Origin: Bacteroidales bacterium
GTDB taxonomy: Bacteria > Bacteroidota > Bacteroidia > Bacteroidales > UBA1402
NCBI GenBank assembly: GCA_017958305.1
Contig: JAGDCW010000144.1
Location: forward strand, 1-45,008
Direction of reading: 5' to 3'
DNA: 45,008 nt
Notes under the pieces: generated by a model
What the model was told of the DNA's origin: nothing
The model's database searches: none
What the model saw: only the letters and a program-made list of their open reading frames with translations
In this document: in pieces, positions 38,035-45,008 of the stretch
How the letters are laid out: every line of letters begins with the position of its first letter
How positions within the stretch are numbered: the stretch's first letter is position 1
Translations under genes and position numbers: made by a program

Positions 38035-38104
38035 TGGCACTGGTTGGATTGGGTCCGGCCGGTTGCTTCTTTGAGAGAAAAGAGAAAACAAATATATAGA
38101 CTTA

Positions 38105-39823
38105 ATGAACACCAAGTGGAATTTATTAACTCTAACCCCCGAACAAGAAAAGAATAAGAAAGTATTAGCAGAAGAATTAGGAGTGAGCCCGGTATTGGCT
38201 CAGCTTCTCATACAGAGAGGCATCACGACATTTGACGAGGCTAAGAAATTTTTCCGGCCGCAACTGTCCGATTTGCACGATCCTTTTTTGATGAAGGATA
38301 TGGACAAAGCGGTGAATCGCCTGAACCAGGCGATAGCCAACAAGGAAAAGATCCTTATTTACGGGGATTACGACGTTGACGGTGCTACAGCAGTAGCGCT
38401 GGTTTACAAGTTCTTGCGCCAGTACACCACCCATCTGGACTACTACCTGCCAGACCGTTATGTGGAAGGCTACGGCGTATCGTATCAAGGCATAGATTAT
38501 GCCGCCAACAACCATTTTTCGCTGGTCATCGTCCTGGACTGCGGCATCAAGGCAGTGGAGAAGATTGCCTATGCCCAGGAAAAAGGCGTGGATTTCATCA
38601 TCTGCGACCACCACAAACCCGATGACAAACTGCCTCAGGCCGTGGCCGTGCTGGACGCCAAGCGCGAGGATTCGACCTACCCCTACGGCGAGCTGTCGGG
38701 TTGCGGAGTGGGCTTCAAACTGATGCAGGCTTTTGCCCAGAACAACGGCATTCCTTTCTCGGAGCTGATTCCCTTGCTCGACCTGGTGGCCGTGAGCATC
38801 GCTTCGGACATCGTGCCCATCACGGGCGAGAACCGCATCCTGGCTTTCCACGGACTCAAGCAATTGAATGCCAGTCCGAGCCTGGGCCTGAAATCCATCA
38901 TCCACATCTGCAGTCTCGACGACAAGGAAATCACCATCAGCGACATCGTCTTCAAGATCGGGCCGCGCCTGAATGCCTCGGGCCGTATCCAGTCGGCCGC
39001 CGAAGCCGTCGATCTGCTGGTGACCAAGGATGCCTACCTGGCCAAGGAGATCGCCATGAAGATCGATGCCTACAACCAGGAACGCAAAAACCTGGACAAG
39101 AGCATCACCGAAGAGGCGACCGGCATCCTGCAGAATTACCCCGATCTGTCCGACAAGCGGGGCATCGTGGTCTATAACGAAGAATGGCACAAGGGCGTCA
39201 TCGGCATCGTGGCTTCGCGTCTGTCGGAGGAGTATTACCGTCCGGTAGTGGTGCTGACCCGCTCGGGCAGCCTGGCCACCGGATCGGCCCGTTCTGTTCC
39301 GGGCTTCGACATCTACAAGGCCATCGAATCCTGCCGCGACCTGTTGGAGAACTTCGGCGGCCATACCTATGCGGCCGGCCTGTCGATGAAGATGGAGAAC
39401 CTGGAGGCATTCACCCGCCGCTTCGAGGACTATGTGGCCGAAAACATCCAGTTCGACCAGATGATACCGACCATCGACATCGATGCCGAGATCAAGTTCC
39501 AGGAGATTACGCCCAAGTTCTTCCGCATCCTCAAGCAGTTCAATCCCTTCGGGCCGGAAAACAACAAGCCGGTGTTCTGCACCCGCCGAGTGTTCGACTA
39601 CGGTACCAGCCGTCTGGTGGGCCGCGACCAGGAGCATCTCAAACTGGAATTGGTGGACAGCCATTCGGAAAACATCATGAACGGGATAGCCTTCGGCATG
39701 TCCGAGCACAACGACCATGTCAAGTCGTTCAATCCCTTCGACATCTGCTATCACATCGAGGAGAATACCTACAACGGCAGTACTTCGATACAGTTGCTGG
39801 TCAAGGATATCAAGAACGACTGA
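38105..39823 (+). CDS. recJ: ssDNA-specific exonuclease RecJ
   Basis: YGDYDVDG, VLDCG, CDHH, PRLNASGR, WHKGVIGIVASRL, GSARS, FGGHTYAAG, PFGPEN. Confidence 0.97.
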   Translation: MNTKWNLLTLTPEQEKNKKVLAEELGVSPVLAQLLIQRGITTFDEAKKFFRPQLSDLHDPFLMKDMDKAVNRLNQAIANKEKILIYGDYDVDGATAVALVYKFLRQYTTHLDYYLPDRYVEGYGVSYQGIDYAANNHFSLVIVLDCGIKAVEKIAYAQEKGVDFIICDHHKPDDKLPQAVAVLDAKREDSTYPYGELSGCGVGFKLMQAFAQNNGIPFSELIPLLDLVAVSIASDIVPITGENRILAFHGLKQLNASPSLGLKSIIHICSLDDKEITISDIVFKIGPRLNASGRIQSAAEAVDLLVTKDAYLAKEIAMKIDAYNQERKNLDKSITEEATGILQNYPDLSDKRGIVVYNEEWHKGVIGIVASRLSEEYYRPVVVLTRSGSLATGSARSVPGFDIYKAIESCRDLLENFGGHTYAAGLSMKMENLEAFTRRFEDYVAENIQFDQMIPTIDIDAEIKFQEITPKFFRILKQFNPFGPENNKPVFCTRRVFDYGTSRLVGRDQEHLKLELVDSHSENIMNGIAFGMSEHNDHVKSFNPFDICYHIEENTYNGSTSIQLLVKDIKND

Positions 39824-39838
39824 TTCTTTTCGGGGGCC

Positions 39839-41743
39839 ATGGATATCTATCACGAAATACTGAAGAAGTATTGGGGGTATGATGCCTTCCGGCCTCTGCA
39901 GCTGGATATCATCCAATCGGTGGCGGCCGGCCGCGACACCCTGGGTTTGATGCCTACGGGCGGCGGCAAATCGCTTACTTTCCAAGTGCCTGCCCTGGCC
40001 ATGGACGGCCTCTGTCTGGTGGTCACCCCCCTGGTGGCCCTGATGAAGGACCAGGTGGAGCGGTTGCGGGAGATGGGCATCCGGGCCGCTTGCATCCATT
40101 CGGGCTTGAGCCAGGCCGAGATCATCGAGACTTTCGACAATTGTCTCTACGGCGACTACAAGTTCCTCTATATTTCTCCCGAACGACTGGCCACCCGCCT
40201 GTTTCTGGAACGTCTTCCGGCCTATTCGGTGAGCCTGCTGGTGGTCGATGAGGCCCATTGCATTTCGCAGTGGGGCTATGATTTCCGTCCTTCCTATCTG
40301 GAAATTGCCCGCATCAGGGAGTTGCTCCCCGCAGTGCCGGTGCTGGCCGTCACGGCGACGGCTACGCCCGAAGTGGTGGCCGACATCCAGCAGCGGCTGC
40401 ATTTCCCCGAGCCCAATGTGTTCCGTGTCAGTTTCGAACGCAAGAATCTGGCCTACGTGGTGCGTCAGACCGAAGACAAGGACAAGCAGTTGCTGGGCTG
40501 GCTGCAGAACGTGCCAGGCACGGCCATTGTCTATGTGCGTATGCGCAGCCGCACCCGCGAAATCGCTTCCTTATTGAAGAAGAACGGCATTGCGGCCGAC
40601 TACTATCATGCCGGCTTGAGCGAGGAAACCAAGAACGCCCGGCAACTGGCCTGGAAGAGTGGTCAGACACGGGTCATCGTCTCGACCAATGCCTTCGGCA
40701 TGGGTATCGACAAGGCCGATGTGCGCCTGGTGCTGCACTACGACCTGCCCGATTCGCCGGAAGCCTATTTCCAGGAGGCCGGCCGCGCCGGCCGTGACGG
40801 CAAGAAAGCCTATGCTGTGCTGTTGTTCCACAAATCGGACGCCACCCAGCTCAAACGCCGCGTGGGCGACACCTTCCCCGACAAAAAATATATCCGCAAG
40901 GTCTATGACAGCCTGTGCTATTATTATGAACTGCCTGCCGGGGCAGGCGAGGGCTTGAGCCGCATTTTCGACCTGGCGGATTTCTGTACGCATTTCCACT
41001 TGAACGCCAATCAGGCTTTCGGCTCGCTCAAGATACTGCAGCAGGCCGGCTATCTGGAATATACCGACGAACAGGATACGCATTCCCGCCTGGGCATCAC
41101 CGTGGGCCGCGACGAACTGTATCAGCTGGAGCTGGACGAACCGACCGATGCCTTGCTGCAAACCCTTTTGCGCTCCTATCCGGGCCTGTTTGCCGACATG
41201 ATCCCCATCGAGGAGTCTGTGCTGGCCCAGCGCGTGGGCTGCAGCCGCGAGCAAGTGTATCACGGCCTGAAAAAACTGTCTTCCTACGGGGTGCTGAACT
41301 ACCTTCCCCGCCGTACCTCCCCGCTGGTCACTTTCACCCGCGACAGGGTGGAGGGCAAGGACCTGCGCCTGGGATCGGAGGTCTATGAGGTGCGCCGGCA
41401 GCGTTTCGAGGAACGCATCTCGGCCATGGTGGAGTATGCTTCGGACAACAGCGTCTGCCGCAGCCGCCGGCTGATGCATTATTTCGGCCAGCAAAAGGCC
41501 GCCAACTGCCACCAGTGCGACGTCTGTCTCAAAAAGCAGGGCCGGCTGCGCCATTACGAAGTGGAGGAAATCTCCGAGGCGATTCTGGCCGCCTTACGCG
41601 AAAAACCACTCTCGCTCGAGGCCCTCATTGACGGCCTTCAGTCTGATTCGGAAAAAAGCCTCGAAGTGCTCCGCCTCCTTGCTGAGCAGCACCTCGTCTG
41701 CGAAGAGAATTTCCTCTATTACCCCTGCGATAAAGATAAATAG
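39839..41743 (+). CDS. recQ: RecQ-family ATP-dependent DNA helicase (no evident HRDC)
   Basis: MPTGGGKS, YISPERL, VDEAHCISQWGYDFRP, TATAT, YHAG, TNAFGMGIDK, QEAGRAGRDG, Zn site CRSR...CHQCDVC. Confidence 0.95.
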   Translation: MDIYHEILKKYWGYDAFRPLQLDIIQSVAAGRDTLGLMPTGGGKSLTFQVPALAMDGLCLVVTPLVALMKDQVERLREMGIRAACIHSGLSQAEIIETFDNCLYGDYKFLYISPERLATRLFLERLPAYSVSLLVVDEAHCISQWGYDFRPSYLEIARIRELLPAVPVLAVTATATPEVVADIQQRLHFPEPNVFRVSFERKNLAYVVRQTEDKDKQLLGWLQNVPGTAIVYVRMRSRTREIASLLKKNGIAADYYHAGLSEETKNARQLAWKSGQTRVIVSTNAFGMGIDKADVRLVLHYDLPDSPEAYFQEAGRAGRDGKKAYAVLLFHKSDATQLKRRVGDTFPDKKYIRKVYDSLCYYYELPAGAGEGLSRIFDLADFCTHFHLNANQAFGSLKILQQAGYLEYTDEQDTHSRLGITVGRDELYQLELDEPTDALLQTLLRSYPGLFADMIPIEESVLAQRVGCSREQVYHGLKKLSSYGVLNYLPRRTSPLVTFTRDRVEGKDLRLGSEVYEVRRQRFEERISAMVEYASDNSVCRSRRLMHYFGQQKAANCHQCDVCLKKQGRLRHYEVEEISEAILAALREKPLSLEALIDGLQSDSEKSLEVLRLLAEQHLVCEENFLYYPCDKDK

Positions 41744-41812
41744 GGTTGTTGTTTCTAAGTTGTTGTAATTAATGTCCTTAGTTTGATTTTGTATGATTAT
41801 TTCAGAAATAAT

Positions 41813-41844
41813 TTTGTTATTAATACAATAATCTATTACCTTTG
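41813..41844 (+). promoter_or_regulatory. Sigma-A promoter of higBA with overlapping palindromes
   Basis: TTTG (41813-41816), 20 nt, TACCTTTG (41837-41844). Palindromes ATTATTTC-A-GAAATAAT (41796-41812) and TATTAATA (41818-41825). Confidence 0.75.
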
Positions 41845-41851
41845 CCCTTGT

Positions 41852-42145
41852 ATGAGAGTTATAGCTATTTCTACTCTTCGAGATTTTTGGATTAATCATC
41901 CGGAAACAAAGTTGCCGCTAAGCGAGTGGTATGTGAAAACGTGCAACGCTCATTGGCAATCGTTGTTAGACATGAGAAAGGATTTTAATTCTGTAGATTA
42001 TGTTGGGAATCAACATTATGTCTTCAATATTAAGGGTAACAATTATCGATTGGTAGTAGCGATCAAGTTTATGCCGGAGTTGGTGTATATACGATTTGTT
42101 GGGACTCACGCTGAGTATAGTAAAATTGATGTATCAAAGATATAG
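41852..42145 (+). CDS. higB: Type II toxin HigB (RelE superfamily mRNase)
   Basis: Start at ATG 41852: MRVIAISTLRDFW...VFNIKGNNYRLVVAIKF...YIRFVGTHAEYSKID (97 aa); toxin-first order. Confidence 0.93.
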   Translation: MRVIAISTLRDFWINHPETKLPLSEWYVKTCNAHWQSLLDMRKDFNSVDYVGNQHYVFNIKGNNYRLVVAIKFMPELVYIRFVGTHAEYSKIDVSKI

Positions 42146-42152
42146 AGAATTA

Positions 42153-42515
42153 ATGGCACAAATTAAGGACGAAAGACAGTATAAAGCGATGCTTTCAAGA
42201 ATCGACACGCTTTTTTTTGAAACCGATGAACAGACGCCTTCGGACGATCCGCGTTTATTGGAACTGGACCTTTTATCCGCGCTTGTGGAGGAATACGAAA
42301 AAGAGCATTTTCCCATTGAAACTCCTTCTCTTTCTGCAACCATGAAAGCGCGGTTGTCAGAGTATCATTTGACACAAAAGGAACTGGCTGCTATGTTGGG
42401 TATGACGGCTCCTCGGCTTAGTGCAATTCTAAGTGGTAAAGCTAATCCTACTTTTGAGCAGGCTAGGATTATTTCCTCTCGATTGAATATTGCGCCATCC
42501 ATTATTCTTTCGTGA
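42153..42515 (+). CDS. higA: Antitoxin HigA (XRE-type HTH)
   Basis: Start at ATG 42153: IKDERQY...ELDLLSALVEEYEKEHFPI, HTH LTQKELAAMLGMTAPRLSAILSGK (120 aa). Confidence 0.93.
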   Translation: MAQIKDERQYKAMLSRIDTLFFETDEQTPSDDPRLLELDLLSALVEEYEKEHFPIETPSLSATMKARLSEYHLTQKELAAMLGMTAPRLSAILSGKANPTFEQARIISSRLNIAPSIILS

Positions 42516-42598
42516 GACTTATTTGATTGAGAATTATTGAATTATAGAGTATTATTCATGCTGAAATAATAATTGTTTTGTAGCTGCGTCAGCGGGAG

Positions 42599-42633
42599 GT
42601 TTGAAGTGTCATTTGGACACTTCAAACTTTTTT
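42599..42633 (+). terminator. Intrinsic terminator of higBA
   Basis: Perfect 12-bp stem GTTTGAAGTGTC/GACACTTCAAAC, loop ATTTG, then TTTTTT. Confidence 0.85.
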
Positions 42634-42669
42634 ATTTGGGGAGTGTAAGAACAGTTTCAGATAAAACCA

Positions 42670-43362
42670 TTAGTTGGCCCAAACGAAATTGTCGGGGCCG
42701 GCGCCGATTTCGAAGTGATATTTGACGATGCCCAGATCCATTTGGGTATATCCGATCATGGAGAATCCTTTGTGGGCCATCACCAGATGGTGGCCATTTT
42801 TCATTCCCATATACTCGAAGGAGAACTTCTGCTGGTTCACGGCAGTGGGAGCCAGTAAAGCGGTTTCGACACCCTTGACAAACCAGGGTGGTGGAGCCCC
42901 ATTGGTCGAACTGCTTACTTGAGCAACGGTTTTGATTTTGTGACCTGCCCCTTGCGTCTTTCCGTAGCCTAGAGCGATGTAACAAACTATTTTTTCGCCT
43001 TCGGCCAAAACATAGGTGTCGGGTATTTTGGAATAAGTAAGTCCAACCCAGCATGTGTTCAATCCGAGTGTTTGGGCCAGCAGTACCAGTTGCTCGCCAT
43101 AGTATCCCACGCGTTCGTCCAGGTCGTAGGTCTTTGGCCCGGCCATAACGAGGTAGTTGCAGACACCGCGGAATCTTCCATACTTGGAGATGGTGCCCGA
43201 GAAAGCCTTGGGCTCGTTCAGGATCAATTGGATATGTAAGCTTCCTTCTTCATTGAGGGCTGCGATGCGTTCTTGAAGCACTTTGACAACATCATCTGTC
43301 AAAGGCTGTTCTTTGTAAGCCCTGACACTGTGTCGGGCAGCGATAGCTTCTTCTAAGGTCAT
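42670..43362 (-). CDS. Nitroreductase-family flavoprotein (TM1586-like)
   Basis: AIAARHSVRAY, GEQLVLLAQTLGLNTCWV, IALGYG, LAPTAVNQQ, DLGIVKYHFEIGA. Confidence 0.88.
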   Translation of the reverse strand: MTLEEAIAARHSVRAYKEQPLTDDVVKVLQERIAALNEEGSLHIQLILNEPKAFSGTISKYGRFRGVCNYLVMAGPKTYDLDERVGYYGEQLVLLAQTLGLNTCWVGLTYSKIPDTYVLAEGEKIVCYIALGYGKTQGAGHKIKTVAQVSSSTNGAPPPWFVKGVETALLAPTAVNQQKFSFEYMGMKNGHHLVMAHKGFSMIGYTQMDLGIVKYHFEIGAGPDNFVWAN

Positions 43363-43431
43363 AATTTTTGATCTTTGAGCTGTTTCAAGGCCCGGCAGAG
43401 CTGGTCGGGGCAGGAAGTGGGTTTGTCCTTT

Positions 43432-43947
43432 TCAGAACTTGACCTGGCGGTCTGGGGCGGAGAAGGAACTGAAGCAGGCGGTGGCGTCTGTGATGCACAG
43501 GAGGGCCATGTTGTCGTCATCGGCCTTGTACATCGACTTGAGGCCGGGGTTGCGGTCGAGGAATTCCTGCTTCATGCCGATGTCTTCGACATTGACCAGC
43601 GTGCCGCTCAAACGCATCCATTCCGTGCCCGAAGGACGCAGGGCACAGATCTCGAACTTGCCGTTTTGGGCAATCTGTTTGTAAACGTTTTTCACCTTGC
43701 CCGTCATGATGTAGAGATGACCGTCGATGATTTCGGAGACACCGAAGGGACGCACACGGGGCTGGTCGCCGTCGGCGGTGGCGATGAAGAAGGCACCGCA
43801 GTCCTTCAAGTAGGCCTGTACTTCTTGCATGTTGGCTTGTTTCATTTCTTCACTGATTGGATTGTTGTTGGGTTCTGTCGATTGTTGTTTGTTGTGGCAG
43901 GCGGTCAGCAGCAATAGTGCGGCGGCCAGGAATAATGCTTTTTTCAT
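43432..43947 (-). CDS. Pyridoxamine 5'-phosphate oxidase-like / NimC-like FMN split-barrel protein with lipoprotein signal
   Basis: MKKALFLAAALLLLTA-C signal, polar linker, then MQEVQAYLKDCGAFFIATADGDQPRVRPFG...KNVYKQI...WMRLSG. Confidence 0.82.
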   Translation of the reverse strand: MKKALFLAAALLLLTACHNKQQSTEPNNNPISEEMKQANMQEVQAYLKDCGAFFIATADGDQPRVRPFGVSEIIDGHLYIMTGKVKNVYKQIAQNGKFEICALRPSGTEWMRLSGTLVNVEDIGMKQEFLDRNPGLKSMYKADDDNMALLCITDATACFSSFSAPDRQVKF

Positions 43948-43997
43948 TGTTGTTTGTTTTGAAAATGAGGGTGTTGGCTTTACGATGCCGACAGGGA

Positions 43998-44005
43998 CAA
44001 ATATA
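43998..44005 (-). promoter_or_regulatory. -7 box TATATTTG for the split-barrel/nitroreductase genes
   Basis: CAAATATA on +, 50 nt upstream of ATG 43947. No canonical -33. Confidence 0.5.
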
Positions 44006-44065
44006 GCGAATAAATTCGTGTTATCATTTTTTTTGTCCTGTCTGCCGAAAAATATTGGATAATTG

Positions 44066-44096
44066 TTTGAGGCGGAAAAAATGTTCTCTATCTTTG
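44066..44096 (+). promoter_or_regulatory. Sigma-A promoter of the leader/aminotransferase transcript
   Basis: TTTG (44066-44069), 19 nt, TATCTTTG (44089-44096). Confidence 0.8.
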
Positions 44097-44117
44097 CACA
44101 CGCAAAACGGATCGAAA

Positions 44118-44177
44118 ATGAACAGTTTTACCTTTGCATACTTTTATTACGGCTATTACTTTAACCTCGAAGGTTAG
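44118..44177 (+). CDS. Phe/Tyr-rich attenuator leader peptide MNSFTFAYFYYGYYFNLEG
   Basis: ATG after GAAA, TAG at 44175-44177. Nine of the 12 codons from position 4 to 15 are Phe or Tyr. It lies between a promoter and a terminator. Confidence 0.88.
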   Translation: MNSFTFAYFYYGYYFNLEG

Positions 44178-44230
44178 GGCAGGCTGGCGTGTATGTGAAG
44201 GTCAAGGAGATTGCAACAACATTCAACGAT

Positions 44231-44262
44231 AAGGTCCCGCCCGAACAAGGCGGGATTTTTTT
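44231..44262 (+). terminator. Attenuator terminator
   Basis: TCCCGCC-CGAACAA-GGCGGGA followed by 7 T, immediately before the aminotransferase start. Confidence 0.9.
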
Positions 44263-44280
44263 ATGACAAATACAAGGAAT

Positions 44281-45008
44281 ATGGAAGACCCCGGAAAGGA
44301 CAACATCATGGCCGCCATCCAGCCGGCCAGTCGCTTGCAGGAACTGAGTGAATACTACTTTTCGCGCAAGCTGCGTGAAATCGCCCGGCGCAACGAAGAA
44401 GGCCAGGACATCGTCAGCCTGGGCATCGGCAGTCCCGACTGCCCGCCCTCGCCTGAGGCCGTCGGGGTGCTCTGCGAGCAGGCACGGCGCAGCGACACCC
44501 ACGGCTATCAGCCCAACAACGGCATGAAGGAGTTGAGACAGGCTTTCGCCGCCTGGTACGGACGCTGGTACGGTGTGACGCTCGATCCCGAGCGGGAAGT
44601 GCTGCCGTTGATGGGTTCCAAGGAAGGGGTGTTGCATGTGTCGATGGCCTTCCTCAATCCCGGCGATGGCGTCTTGATCCCCAATCCCGGCTATCCGACC
44701 TACCGCGCCGTGAGCAAGCTCCTTCAGGCCCGCATCGTCGAATACGACCTTGACGAACAGCAGGCTTGGTGGCCCGATTTCAAGGCCTTGGAAGCCATGG
44801 ACCTGAGCGGTGTCAAGCTGATGTGGGTCAATTACCCCAATATGCCCACCGGGGCGCCGGCCAGCCGGGAACTTTTCGCCAGGATCGTTGATTTCGGCCG
44901 CCGGCACGGCATCGTCATCGCGCACGACAATCCCTACAGCTTCATCCTGAACGATCGGCCGTTGAGCATTCTTTCGACAGAGGGTGCCAAAGATATCTGT
45001 ATCGAACT
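44281..45008 (+). CDS. PLP-dependent class I/II aminotransferase, probably aromatic amino acid pathway (runs off the window; not in the ORF track)
   Basis: Manual translation: MEDPGKDNIMAAIQPASRLQELSEYYFSRKLREI...VSLGIGSPD...HGYQPNNG...LMGSKEG...NPGYPTY...WVNYPNMPTG...HDNPYSFILN. In-frame alternative starts at 44263 and 44308. Confidence 0.9.
   Translation, partial: MEDPGKDNIMAAIQPASRLQELSEYYFSRKLREIARRNEEGQDIVSLGIGSPDCPPSPEAVGVLCEQARRSDTHGYQPNNGMKELRQAFAAWYGRWYGVTLDPEREVLPLMGSKEGVLHVSMAFLNPGDGVLIPNPGYPTYRAVSKLLQARIVEYDLDEQQAWWPDFKALEAMDLSGVKLMWVNYPNMPTGAPASRELFARIVDFGRRHGIVIAHDNPYSFILNDRPLSILSTEGAKDICIE

Noticed and set aside
38105-38400. AT-richer 5' end of recJ as a foreign segment
   Set aside because: The protein is continuous RecJ, and several genes here have AT-richer starts, consistent with selection for weak 5' structure.
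43385-43415. Small GC hairpin between the split-barrel gene and the nitroreductase
   Set aside because: The stem is imperfect and has no U tract on the coding strand, which is not enough to call a terminator.
42670-43947. Calling the nitroreductase and NimC-like genes a metronidazole-resistance (nim) locus
   Set aside because: Only fold-level resemblance. I cannot verify NimA-J identity, and no activating IS element is present.

Overview
A 45 kb chromosomal segment of a fairly GC-rich Bacteroidales bacterium. The assignment rests on SusC/SusD genes, repeated TTTG-N19/20-TAnnTTTG promoters and A-rich, SD-less start regions. Left to right: (-) dnaG, a NatAB-like ABC pair, rsfS and ftsH (cut by the window edge); (+) a 15 kb cassette of fasciclin lipoprotein-SusC-SusD-fasciclin lipoprotein-SusC-SusD with no enzyme or regulator; (+) a V/A-type ATPase operon E-C-A-B-D-I-K whose K subunit carries the Na+ ligands, then mnmA; (-) rubredoxin (absent from the ORF track), topB and dsbD; (+) an acyl-CoA ligase; (-) tsaC and a priming glycosyltransferase; (+) recJ-recQ; a low-GC higBA islet; (-) a lipoprotein FMN split-barrel protein and a nitroreductase; (+) a PLP aminotransferase (cut by the window edge). 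The strongest unannotated signal is a complete leader-peptide attenuator upstream of that aminotransferase: promoter, 19-aa leader MNSFTFAYFYYGYYFNLEG (4 Phe, 5 Tyr), alternative helices and a terminator. The enzyme-free double SusCD/fasciclin cassette is the second main candidate system. I saw no rRNA, tRNA, CRISPR array, integrase or transposase. All family calls come from motif recognition by eye, not database searches.
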